From Thermodesulfobacteriota bacterium (lineage in GTDB: Bacteria > Desulfobacterota > Desulfarculia > JACQYL01), in the NCBI GenBank assembly GCA_963675595.2, contig CAXXLZ010000002.1, positions 1,728,001 to 1,792,000 of the forward strand: a stretch of DNA of 64,000 nucleotides, read 5' to 3'. A program made the translations under genes and the position numbers. The number at the start of each line of letters is the position of its first letter. The first letter of the stretch is position 1. The notes under the pieces are model-generated. The model had not been told where the DNA came from. It saw only the letters and a program-made list of their open reading frames with translations, and ran no database searches. Below, piece after piece: positions 30,575 through 39,295 of this stretch.

Positions 30575-31408
30575 ATGACAAGCAAGCAAAAAATGGACGA
30601 TGACAAAGACCAGCCGGTCATCAGCCAAGAAGACCATGATGCCATAAAAAAACTCGCTTCATTCAAACCGGGTGTCTACAGGCATACGTCAATGGCTACA
30701 ATAGGCACGGGTTCCACATCGAAACGAAAGGTCCAGATTATAGATTACTATATAAAGGATTTAACTCCCGGAGAAGATATGCTCATCGAAGCACAGGTGG
30801 TCGACTATATGGGCAAACCCATTCAGATGTTTGATCGCCTCAAACCGAGCCAAGTCTACCAATGCAGACTGCTTTGCGAGGATATCAACAAGCTTCCCGA
30901 AATGCTGAAGAAGCTCCACATGCTGAAGTCCCATATTGCGGTGGCGGAACAGCATTATCAACGCTCCGAGTTCCACAGCGCCGAATACGAATTCGACAAC
31001 GCGCTAAAAATCGAAGGAAAGAATGTCGAAGCCAATTTAGGTAAAGGCAAGACGCTCTTCAAACTCGAGCGCTACGAGGAGGCTAGAGAGATATTTGACG
31101 AACTTGCCGACAACACCGAATTGTACACGGAAGAACACAAGCATCTGTTCAACGAATACGGGATCAACCTCAGGCAGCTTGAGATGTACGACAAGGCCAT
31201 CGAGTCCTACAAACGAGCTATCGTGGTGAATCCCTATGATCCCAACCTGTTCTACAATCTTGCCGTCGCCTACGTAAAGAAAAGGGATCGGGACTCCGCA
31301 ATCAAAGTCTTACAGCGAGCCGTCATGATCATGCAAAAATTGGAGAAGCGCGATTTCCCGGAAGCTCGAAGACTTCTCGAAAAACTGAATGCACCCAAAG
31401 GCGCTTGA
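30575..31408 (+). CDS. Tetratricopeptide repeat protein
   Basis: AEYEFDNALKI..NVEANLGKG, LFNEYGINLR, AIESYKRAI..NPYDPNLFYNLA. Confidence 0.85.
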   Translation: MTSKQKMDDDKDQPVISQEDHDAIKKLASFKPGVYRHTSMATIGTGSTSKRKVQIIDYYIKDLTPGEDMLIEAQVVDYMGKPIQMFDRLKPSQVYQCRLLCEDINKLPEMLKKLHMLKSHIAVAEQHYQRSEFHSAEYEFDNALKIEGKNVEANLGKGKTLFKLERYEEAREIFDELADNTELYTEEHKHLFNEYGINLRQLEMYDKAIESYKRAIVVNPYDPNLFYNLAVAYVKKRDRDSAIKVLQRAVMIMQKLEKRDFPEARRLLEKLNAPKGA

Positions 31409-31465
31409 GACTGCATTCTCAAGGGGCCCTTCATCACGGTTTCGAGCGAAGCAAACAAGACGACC

Positions 31466-31503
31466 AACAAGGAGCGCAGGCATAAGCCTGCGCTCCTTGT
31501 TTT
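31466..31503. terminator. Bidirectional terminator between the TPR gene and efp
   Basis: 16-bp perfect stem AACAAGGAGCGCAGGC-ataa-GCCTGCGCTCCTTGTT followed by TT. Confidence 0.8.
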
Positions 31504-31546
31504 CATCCAATATCGAGTTGTAGCCTTTGAAACGGAAAGTCCGTCT

Positions 31547-32110
31547 TCAGCCTTTTACCCGTTCAATGTACTCCCCTGTCCGGGTGTCCACTTTGACCAC
31601 TTCTCCCTCGTTGAGAAAAAGCGGCACCTGAACCACGGCGCCTGTTTCCAGAATCGCCGGCTTTCCTCCTCCGCTGGCCGTATCGCCGCGAACTCCGGGC
31701 TCTGTTTCCTTCACGGCAAGTTCCACAAAGTTGGGCAGGTCGACGGCAATGGGCTTTCCCCGATGGAATCCGACGGTCACATCGATGTTCTCCTTCATAT
31801 AGAGCGCGCTGTCTCCCACCTGGTCGGGTGAGAGAAGGACCTGCTCATATGATTCATTGTCCATCATGCAGAACTGCTCACCCTCCTTGTAGAGGAACTG
31901 CATGCTTCGTTCCTCCAGGTCCGGCCGTTCCACCTTTTCGCCAGCCCGGAAGGTTTTCTCCAAAACCTGACCCGTTTCCATGTTCTTGATCTTTGTCCGG
32001 ACAAATGCTCCGCCCTTGCCCGGTTTCACATGGAGGAACTCCGTAATGATGAACGGTTTGCCGTCCAGTTCTATTTTGAGTCCTCTTCTAAAATCGGAAG
32101 TCGAATACAC
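31547..32110 (-). CDS. efp: Translation elongation factor P
   Basis: HVKPGKGGAFVRTK, GVRGDT, KPA.LETG, VPLF, DTRTGEY; GTG start, 187 aa. Confidence 0.97.
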   Translation of the reverse strand: MYSTSDFRRGLKIELDGKPFIITEFLHVKPGKGGAFVRTKIKNMETGQVLEKTFRAGEKVERPDLEERSMQFLYKEGEQFCMMDNESYEQVLLSPDQVGDSALYMKENIDVTVGFHRGKPIAVDLPNFVELAVKETEPGVRGDTASGGGKPAILETGAVVQVPLFLNEGEVVKVDTRTGEYIERVKG

Positions 32111-32155
32111 TGGATATTCCCCCCTCTGCAGCCCGCTTCCCACAACGGGGAAGCA

Positions 32156-33019
32156 TTATCGTTCTTCAATTTCCTCAAGAAGCTTGGTCATGGCACCCAA
32201 CAAGTTCTTGTTCTCTTCCAACTCGCGTTCCCGCAAAGTGCGAATTTCCTCCAATCTGGTCGAATAACGGGACTCCCCGGGGCTGTTTTGGGCAAGATGC
32301 TCATAGATGCGCTCGGCCTCAAGGAGCTGCCCCTGTTCCACACAAAGCTCCGCCATGGTTTCCGTCTGAATCCCTTGGAACGGAGTCCGGTCCGCATCAT
32401 CCGGCGCCTCTTGCCCTCCGTGAAGGTAAGCCTCGTAGGCCAGATGAACACGATAGGCAAGGACCGCTTCACGCGCCTTCCCCTGTTTCTTGAGAAGTCG
32501 TGCGAGTCGCTCGAAAACGATCATGTACGGTTGAATCCGCTCCGCGGCCGAGGACAGAGGATCGAGAGCGGATTCCATCTCTTTCGTTCCCCAAAGCCGA
32601 TCCCCGTAGGCCGACAATAGGCCCGGATCATCCGGGAATTCCTCAAGCCCCATGCTCAACAGGTCCAGGGCCTCTTCCGTGCGTTCCGCTTCAACAAGAA
32701 CCTTTTCCGCCGCGAGGTACAGGTCGGGCGACCGGCGACGCGGGTCCAACGCTTCGAACAGTTTTCGAATTTCCCCATCCATGGCGCCCCACCCCGTTTC
32801 AAGGCTTTTCAGTCGGCAACGCTCCTCTTCGTCCTCCGAACACGGACCTTCTACCATCAAATCTTCCTGCACCCGGGAAGGGGAAGGATTCCAACTCCGA
32901 AGACAAACCTTAACAGACGACGCTGCAAGGCGGACTGTCTTATCGCGGTACGTCTCCGGTTCCGGAGCAATGCCCACCGGAGAACGGTCGAGTTCCCATT
33001 TTCTCGGGAGATGGAACAA
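32156..33019 (-). CDS. Tetratricopeptide repeat protein (start uncertain)
   Basis: Helical repeats EEALDLLSMGLEEFPD, TETMAELCVEQG.L.EA..IY; lies in an operon between ftsB and efp. Confidence 0.7.
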   Translation of the reverse strand: MFHLPRKWELDRSPVGIAPEPETYRDKTVRLAASSVKVCLRSWNPSPSRVQEDLMVEGPCSEDEEERCRLKSLETGWGAMDGEIRKLFEALDPRRRSPDLYLAAEKVLVEAERTEEALDLLSMGLEEFPDDPGLLSAYGDRLWGTKEMESALDPLSSAAERIQPYMIVFERLARLLKKQGKAREAVLAYRVHLAYEAYLHGGQEAPDDADRTPFQGIQTETMAELCVEQGQLLEAERIYEHLAQNSPGESRYSTRLEEIRTLRERELEENKNLLGAMTKLLEEIEER

Positions 33020-33040
33020 TCGACTGGAATGGTTCGAAGC

Positions 33041-33361
33041 CTATTCGGGTGTTTCCGGATCCGAAAGGGGCGTCTTGAAACGGTAGACCAGTTCTCCTTC
33101 GCGTACCAGTCCGAGTTCGTGGCGGGCGGTCTTCTCGATATAGTTTCGGTCGTCTCGAAGCCGCTTCACTCGTTCATAGAGCTCCCGGTTCTTCTCGTCC
33201 AATTCCTGCTTGACGACGACCAGCCGATCTCGTTCCTTTTGAAGGTTGACATACCCCATCAGCCCTTTGTCGCCGTACACGATGACCCATCCGGCAAGCA
33301 CGATCACCACGGTCAGCAACAGGACGGAACGAACGAATGTACTCAATTGAGCCAGGGCCAT
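33041..33361 (-). CDS. ftsB: Septum formation initiator FtsB/DivIC
   Basis: Single TM, GDKGL, coiled coil, YIEKTARHELGLVREGE. Confidence 0.9.
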   Translation of the reverse strand: MALAQLSTFVRSVLLLTVVIVLAGWVIVYGDKGLMGYVNLQKERDRLVVVKQELDEKNRELYERVKRLRDDRNYIEKTARHELGLVREGELVYRFKTPLSDPETPE

Positions 33362-34497
33362 ACTTTTCTCAAAAAACGTCGTCTGAGTTCGGTCGCCACG
33401 TATTCGTAACTGCCCTCACCCCGGAGAATCTTGAAAAAGGCCTCGAAAATCTCGGGATAGCGCTGCACTTTTCGCACAAAATACCGGGGGAACCGATATA
33501 TCCAGCGGGTCGCCCACGCCGCGTGCCGGAATTCGCTGTAGATCTCTCGTTCAATCCGTCTCTCGTAAGCTTCCAGCGATCCGGGCCTCCCTTCCAGGTG
33601 TCCCATCACCGCTTCGGCCGCCAACTGTGCGCTGTAGATCGCGAAGTAGATCCCTTCCCCGGTGAGAGGGTCCGTCAAACCGGCGGCATCACCCAGAAGC
33701 AGGGCTCCCGGAACCGACAGGGTTTGCTTCTTTCCGATGAAACTCACCAGTGCGTGCGCATGCGTGGGGGTCTTGGGATACGATTCTCCCCTGTCGAGAT
33801 TCATGTGGAAAAGAAAGTCCCTGAAGTGGTCCTTGAGCTGTCCTTTTCGGCGTCGCAATACGGCCAAGCCCGTGGAAAGCGTGTTCACGTGAGGGAACAC
33901 CCAGCCATAACCGAAAGGGACCCAACCCAAATCAATGTGTACCCGGTCGCCCATGGAACGGGCCGCCTGGCCGTCCTCAATCTTACGTTCCAGGCTGACG
34001 TAGTCCCAAGCCTTGTTTTTCGGAATCAGACACCTGCGTACGACGCTCAACGCCCCATCCGCCCCTGCGACGAATCGGGCGGAAAAATCTCCCGCCGTGG
34101 TACGTACGTCGAATCCGCCGTTGCGCCTGACAACCCGGCGTACCGATACGTTCTGGCACACGTGCGCCCCCGCCGACTCCGCCGCCCGAGCCAATTCCAG
34201 GTCCAGGCGCTCCCGGTGAACCATATAGGCCACAGGCTCGTCGGTGTACTGGGTGGTCGTATTCTTTCCCAAATAAGAGAGGGTCGCCCCTCGGATCTCC
34301 CCCTCAACGATACCCAATGCGTTCAGGTCCAGAATACGTTCGATTCTTTTGGAAACGCATCCGGCACAGGGCTTGATACGGGGGTGAACCTTCTTTTCCA
34401 GGGAAAGAACATTCAAGCCGTTTTCGGCCAGAACCTTGGAAAGGACCGAACCGGCGGGACCAAGTCCCACAACGGCAATATCATAAGTATTGTTCAC
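33343..34497 (-). CDS. Geranylgeranyl reductase-family FAD oxidoreductase
   Basis: VGLGPAGS, PRIKPCAG, GADG..S, GYGWVFP, GDAAGLTDPLTGEGI. Confidence 0.9.
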   Translation of the reverse strand: MNNTYDIAVVGLGPAGSVLSKVLAENGLNVLSLEKKVHPRIKPCAGCVSKRIERILDLNALGIVEGEIRGATLSYLGKNTTTQYTDEPVAYMVHRERLDLELARAAESAGAHVCQNVSVRRVVRRNGGFDVRTTAGDFSARFVAGADGALSVVRRCLIPKNKAWDYVSLERKIEDGQAARSMGDRVHIDLGWVPFGYGWVFPHVNTLSTGLAVLRRRKGQLKDHFRDFLFHMNLDRGESYPKTPTHAHALVSFIGKKQTLSVPGALLLGDAAGLTDPLTGEGIYFAIYSAQLAAEAVMGHLEGRPGSLEAYERRIEREIYSEFRHAAWATRWIYRFPRYFVRKVQRYPEIFEAFFKILRGEGSYEYVATELRRRFLRKVWPWLN

Positions 34498-34608
34498 GGA
34501 CCGCCCGCCGGCTTTCCTCTTGTCTCAAAGGTCGCTTCGTGCTAGACATACCAACTTATGAATAGTTAGCATACCTCTGGAACTGATTTCAAGGGAGTTG
34601 CGTATTCA

Positions 34609-35970
34609 ATGACCCAACCGGAATCACTCTGTGATCTAAAAATCACCGGCGGCGTCGTGCTGACCCAAAACGGCGGGGGAGACGTCTTCGATCCGGGCTG
34701 CGTTTACATCCGGGGAGATCGGATCATCGGCGTCCATCCTTTGGAACGGGACCCCGACCTGCCCCGCGTCCAAGAGTGGGACGCCCGCGGGCGCCTGGTT
34801 ATGCCGGGACTGGTGAATACGCACACCCATCTCGCCATGTCTTGTTTCCGAGGATTGGCCGATGATCTTCCATTAATGACATGGCTTCACGATTATATTT
34901 TTCCGGTGGAATCCAAGTTCGTCGACGACACCCTCGTATACCGGGGCTCGTTGCTCTCCTGCGTCGAGGTTCTGCTCTCCGGCACCACCACCGTGGCCGA
35001 CGGCTACTTTTTCGAGGCCGATGCGGTTCGCGCGATGGAGGCATCCGGTCTTCGAGCCGTAGCCTGTCAGGGTGTGGTGGATTTTCCCGCTCCGGGAGTT
35101 CCCGATCCCGGGCGCAACGTGGAGGCTGCGGTCCGGTTCATGGAAACCGATGTCGCGAAAAAGGGACGAATCCGCCGAGGCGTTTTCTGTCATTCAGCCT
35201 ATACCTGTTCCCCCGAAACCTTGGTGCGGGCGAAGAACGCGTGCCGGGAGCGCAGAGCACCGCTGTTTATCCACCTCGCGGAAACGGAGGATGAAATCAG
35301 GGAGATTCAGAAACGATACGGCTGCAGCCCGGTAAAGCATCTGGAGCGACTGGGCCTGTTGGATGAAGACACGGTGGCCGTACACTGCGTCTGGCTCTCT
35401 ACGGAAGACATAGAGATTCTTGCGAAAAACCGAACCTCGGTTTCCCACAACCCGGAAAGCGGAATGAAATTGGGCTCCGGCGCCGCTCCGGTCGAAGAAT
35501 TACTGAATCGGGGAGTGATCGTGGGTTTGGGCACCGACGGACCCGCCAGCAACAACGACCAGGATCTCTTCCTGGAAATGGACACCGCGGCCAAGCTTCA
35601 AAAGGTCCGCGCCCTGGACCCCACCCGGCTTTCCGCTCGCAAGGCCCTGCATGCGGCGACGCTGGGCGGTGCCCAGGCACTGGGTCTCGGACGGGAAATC
35701 GGTTCTCTGGAGCCGGGCAAGAAAGCGGACGTTATTCTCCTCAACCTGGACCGGCCCCATCTAACCCCGGTGTACGACTATCATTCCCTCGTGGTGTATG
35801 CGGTCAAAGGCTCGGACGTGGAATCGGTGATCGTGGATGGACGAGTCTTGGTGGAAAACCGCCGTGTTCTCTCCGTTGATCCCCACGAGGCCATGGAGAA
35901 CGTTCGAAAGCTCGCCGCGGACATCCGAAAGACCCTGCACCGCCCGCTATCCTCGGCCGGCGGGGCGTAA
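34609..35970 (+). CDS. mtaD: Amidohydrolase, 5-methylthioadenosine/S-adenosylhomocysteine deaminase-like
   Basis: PGLVNTHTH, FRGLADDLPL..WL, IHLAET..E, VHCV, HNPES.MKL, GTDG.ASNN. Confidence 0.85.
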   Translation: MTQPESLCDLKITGGVVLTQNGGGDVFDPGCVYIRGDRIIGVHPLERDPDLPRVQEWDARGRLVMPGLVNTHTHLAMSCFRGLADDLPLMTWLHDYIFPVESKFVDDTLVYRGSLLSCVEVLLSGTTTVADGYFFEADAVRAMEASGLRAVACQGVVDFPAPGVPDPGRNVEAAVRFMETDVAKKGRIRRGVFCHSAYTCSPETLVRAKNACRERRAPLFIHLAETEDEIREIQKRYGCSPVKHLERLGLLDEDTVAVHCVWLSTEDIEILAKNRTSVSHNPESGMKLGSGAAPVEELLNRGVIVGLGTDGPASNNDQDLFLEMDTAAKLQKVRALDPTRLSARKALHAATLGGAQALGLGREIGSLEPGKKADVILLNLDRPHLTPVYDYHSLVVYAVKGSDVESVIVDGRVLVENRRVLSVDPHEAMENVRKLAADIRKTLHRPLSSAGGA

Positions 35971-36000
35971 CCCCGCCAAGCTCACCGCCTTTTCCGAAAC

Positions 36001-36696
36001 CTACTTGGAAAAGGCCTTCAAAGTGTTCACCAGCTCCAGCGCTTCTCCGGAGGGCTTGACCTTCTTGTCGAGCAAAATGTCCCGGGAATCCACTGCAACG
36101 CCGTAATAAGCCTTATCGGCATCCGGGTCCGGCGCCACGGCGCTGCCTTTCAGTGACACTCCCGCGAAAAATCCTTTGGTGCGGGAATAGGTCAAAATCT
36201 CGGCCGTCAATAAAACGTCGGTTTCCGCCGTCAGTGTCCGGCCCACCGGCCCCGCCGCCGCGGACACGTCGCCCCCCAGGGTCACTTTTCCCTTGAGCAG
36301 GCTGTCCAGACCTCTGCGGTTTCTGATGACCAGGAGAAAGTCGATGGCTTCTCCGCCGATTTGAAAACCGAAACTCCCTCCCCCGAGAGTGAAGAATGCG
36401 GGTGCGGTCCACTCACCCGTTTCGGAATCCCGGGCGCACATGACGCCCTGCCCGAACTGCCCGCCCACGATAAACGCCCCCTTGAGGACCCGTGGGAAAA
36501 TGGCCACCGCCGCGGCGTTCGAGAAGAGTTCCATGGGCACGGCCTTGTCGGGGCTGTTCATGAACTCCTGCAGTACCAGGGCGGCGTTCTTTACTCTCTC
36601 GCCTTCGTCCCCGCCCCACACGGGCACGGAAAAGGCGAACAGCATCGCACACAGAACGAGCCCTACCCGAAACGCTCTCCGCCTCGAGTTCATCAT
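36001..36696 (-). CDS. SYLF/Ysc84 lipid-binding domain protein, exported
   Basis: Signal peptide; GG..G.G, GGGSFGFQIG, AAAGPVGR, YSRTKGFFAGVSL.G. Confidence 0.9.
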   Translation of the reverse strand: MMNSRRRAFRVGLVLCAMLFAFSVPVWGGDEGERVKNAALVLQEFMNSPDKAVPMELFSNAAAVAIFPRVLKGAFIVGGQFGQGVMCARDSETGEWTAPAFFTLGGGSFGFQIGGEAIDFLLVIRNRRGLDSLLKGKVTLGGDVSAAAGPVGRTLTAETDVLLTAEILTYSRTKGFFAGVSLKGSAVAPDPDADKAYYGVAVDSRDILLDKKVKPSGEALELVNTLKAFSK

Positions 36697-37048
36697 GGCG
36701 TCTTTCCTCCCATTATCGCTCGAATCGACTTGGTTTGCCGGAAACAATTCCAACGACTCGGACAAGTATAGGAGGGATGGAGCAGCCGCGTCAACGCGAT
36801 CCGGCGCCGGTCGGCTCGACTATCCGCGTCCGAGCTGGAATGGATGTTGCACTGGTCAACACCCGAAGGTCGAGGTCAATCTCCGGCCGGGGCAGATTCC
36901 TTATTTTTTAAGCGGTATCAATAACCTACACCTCGGCATGGATCGTTCCGTCAAGGCAAGACTTACCTACTCTCCCCGCTCGCTCGGCATCTTGTGCCCA
37001 GGCGGTCCGACCCCAAAGGCCGGCTTTCGAACTTACGGAGGAACTGCG

Positions 37049-37552
37049 TTGGAAGCCTTGTATTCGAGACTCCATCATTTGCTTTGTCAACAAATCGACT
37101 GCCATGATTCGCTCATCGAAAGCCTGAAGAACGAACGGGAGCTTCTTAAGCGACTCGCTCCGGAAGAACTCCAAGACAACACCGGCGCCAAACAGGCCTT
37201 GCTCGACCGAATTCGTGAGCTGGAAGAGCTTAGAATGGATATTTCAGGCGAAATCGCGTATTTTCTCGGCATCTCACCCGAAGACGCCACTTTGTCCCGA
37301 ACCGCCGAAAGCGCTCCGGACCCATGGAACCGGAAGTTGTTCGAGGCAAGGGAACGATTATTGCATCTGACACGGTCGGTGATTCAGCTCAACGAAAGAA
37401 ACCGAAGGCTGTTTACCCAGGGTCGAAACCATTTCAAGCGTTTCATGTCCCTGCTGGGCGCCGCGGGAAACCCGAATCGAACCTATCACCGAAGCGGGCA
37501 AATGAGCCCAAGCGGCAAAGGACAGGGGATGCTGCTGTCTCGCAGCGCCTGA
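37049..37552 (+). CDS. flgN: Flagellar export chaperone FlgN
   Basis: TTG start with GGAGG RBS; helical, LNERNRRL, TY..SG; immediately upstream of flgK. Confidence 0.8.
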   Translation: MEALYSRLHHLLCQQIDCHDSLIESLKNERELLKRLAPEELQDNTGAKQALLDRIRELEELRMDISGEIAYFLGISPEDATLSRTAESAPDPWNRKLFEARERLLHLTRSVIQLNERNRRLFTQGRNHFKRFMSLLGAAGNPNRTYHRSGQMSPSGKGQGMLLSRSA

Positions 37553-37573
37553 GAAACAAGAGGGGAACAGCGT

Positions 37574-39283
37574 ATGAGTCTCAATGGATTGCTCAGCATG
37601 GCCGCGAGCGCCCTGCTCCGGAATCAGGTGGCCCTGTCGGTCACGGGCCATAACGTTTCCAACGTGCACACCGAAGGATACTCCCGCCAACGGGTCACCA
37701 TGGTCACCGAAGCGCCTTCCGACAGCCGCGCCGGGCAGATCGGCAACGGCGTCAATATCGACTCCATCCTTCGTCAAGTCGATGAATTCCTCATCCGCGA
37801 GGTCAACGGAAGCGTCCAGGACTTGAGTCGTTGGGAAGAACAGAATGCGATCATGGCCCAGGTGGAAACCGTGCTCACCGAAAGTGAGGATTTCGGTATC
37901 AACAAGCTGATGAACGATTTCTGGAATGCCTGGAGCGATCTGGCCAACGAGCCCTCCGGACTCACCGAACGCACCGCCCTTCTAAACACCGCGGAATCCC
38001 TGGCCGACGCTTTCCAATCAAGGGCGGAAGCTCTAGAGGAGATCAACCAGGGCATCGACAATGAGATATCGGTGGCGGTGGATGAGATCAATTCCATTAC
38101 CACTCAGATCGCCGATTTGGACAAACAGATATCCTTGGCCGAAGCGGGCAACGCCATGTCCGCCAACGATCTTCGCGACAAACGGGAAAAGCTGATGGAC
38201 GAATTGGGCGGCTACCTCGATGTCGAATATCTGGAATCCACGGGTCCCGACGGCCAACTCGAGTTTCACGTGTACCTCTCCGACGGCCGATCCCTGGTCG
38301 ACGGAGGCACGAGCTACAACCTGAACGCGGATTCGTTTCTACCCGACTCCCAATATCATGACGTTCAACTCGAAGGGTCAAGCGCCACATCCGGCAGCAT
38401 CCTTGCGGACGTGACCAAGGGAAAGCTCGTCGCCTGGATCGAGGTGCGTGATGAACACATCCCTGAGATCCTTTCCCAGCTCGATCAATTGGCAGCCAAC
38501 TTGGCCGTTGAAGTGAACAAGCTTCATATCCAAGGATACGGGTTGGATGGAAGCAGCGGAAATCGTTTTTTCGAAACCCTTCCCGTTTCCACCTGGGGCA
38601 ACAATGAAAACCAGGGCGACGTGATGATTGAAGGGGGCGTCATGGACCTTACCCAATTGACCATGGACGCCTACCGCATCGAGTTCACCTCTCCGACCGA
38701 GTTCAGAGTCATCAATGAGACGACCGGAGAGCCGCTGGCCAATCCCGACGGCGCCGTCGACGACTATACATGGGATTATACCTCGGGTGCGCCTATCCGT
38801 TTCGACGGCCTGGAAATCAACATCACGGACGGCGACACGACACCGCAGGCGGGTGACGTCTTCTACGTGGATCCGGCCAAGAACGCCGCCAAACACTTGT
38901 CGCCGGCGTCCGAAGTCCTGGCCGATACGGACAAGATCGCCGCGGGTGAGGTGCCCGAGGCCGGGGATAACGGCATGGCCATCATGATCCAGGAACTTCA
39001 GACCACCACCATCATGAAGGACGGAACCGTCACCTTCGAGATGTACTACGGTTCCACCGTCAGCCTGGTGGGCGTTCTGAAACAGGAAGCGGAACTCAAC
39101 GAAGACCACTACACCGCGGTGCACGAACAGCTGAACACGCTCAAGCTGTCCACATCGGGCGTCTCCCTGGACGAAGAAATGACGTTCCTGATGAAATATC
39201 AATACGCCTTCCAGGCGTCGAGCAAACTGGTAACCACCACGGATGAGTTGTACCAGGTTCTTCTCGGCATGCTGAACAGGTAA
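37574..39283 (+). CDS. flgK: Flagellar hook-associated protein 1
   Basis: GHNVSNVHTEGYSRQR, G.GV, ANDLRD.R, SGVSLDEEM..LM.YQ.A.QA. Confidence 0.95.
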   Translation: MSLNGLLSMAASALLRNQVALSVTGHNVSNVHTEGYSRQRVTMVTEAPSDSRAGQIGNGVNIDSILRQVDEFLIREVNGSVQDLSRWEEQNAIMAQVETVLTESEDFGINKLMNDFWNAWSDLANEPSGLTERTALLNTAESLADAFQSRAEALEEINQGIDNEISVAVDEINSITTQIADLDKQISLAEAGNAMSANDLRDKREKLMDELGGYLDVEYLESTGPDGQLEFHVYLSDGRSLVDGGTSYNLNADSFLPDSQYHDVQLEGSSATSGSILADVTKGKLVAWIEVRDEHIPEILSQLDQLAANLAVEVNKLHIQGYGLDGSSGNRFFETLPVSTWGNNENQGDVMIEGGVMDLTQLTMDAYRIEFTSPTEFRVINETTGEPLANPDGAVDDYTWDYTSGAPIRFDGLEINITDGDTTPQAGDVFYVDPAKNAAKHLSPASEVLADTDKIAAGEVPEAGDNGMAIMIQELQTTTIMKDGTVTFEMYYGSTVSLVGVLKQEAELNEDHYTAVHEQLNTLKLSTSGVSLDEEMTFLMKYQYAFQASSKLVTTTDELYQVLLGMLNR

Positions 39284-39295
39284 CCCTCGGGAGTC

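Noticed and set aside
33343-34497. Geranylgeranyl reductase plus CarS fusion as an archaeal-type lipid pathway
   Set aside because: The genes are 19 kb apart in unrelated operons, GGR-family genes are common in bacteria, and no GGGP/DGGGP synthase is in the window
36389-37048. Long N-terminal extension of FlgN
   Set aside because: Overlaps the SYLF gene on the opposite strand; a GGAGG RBS and TTG start at 37049 give a normal-sized FlgN
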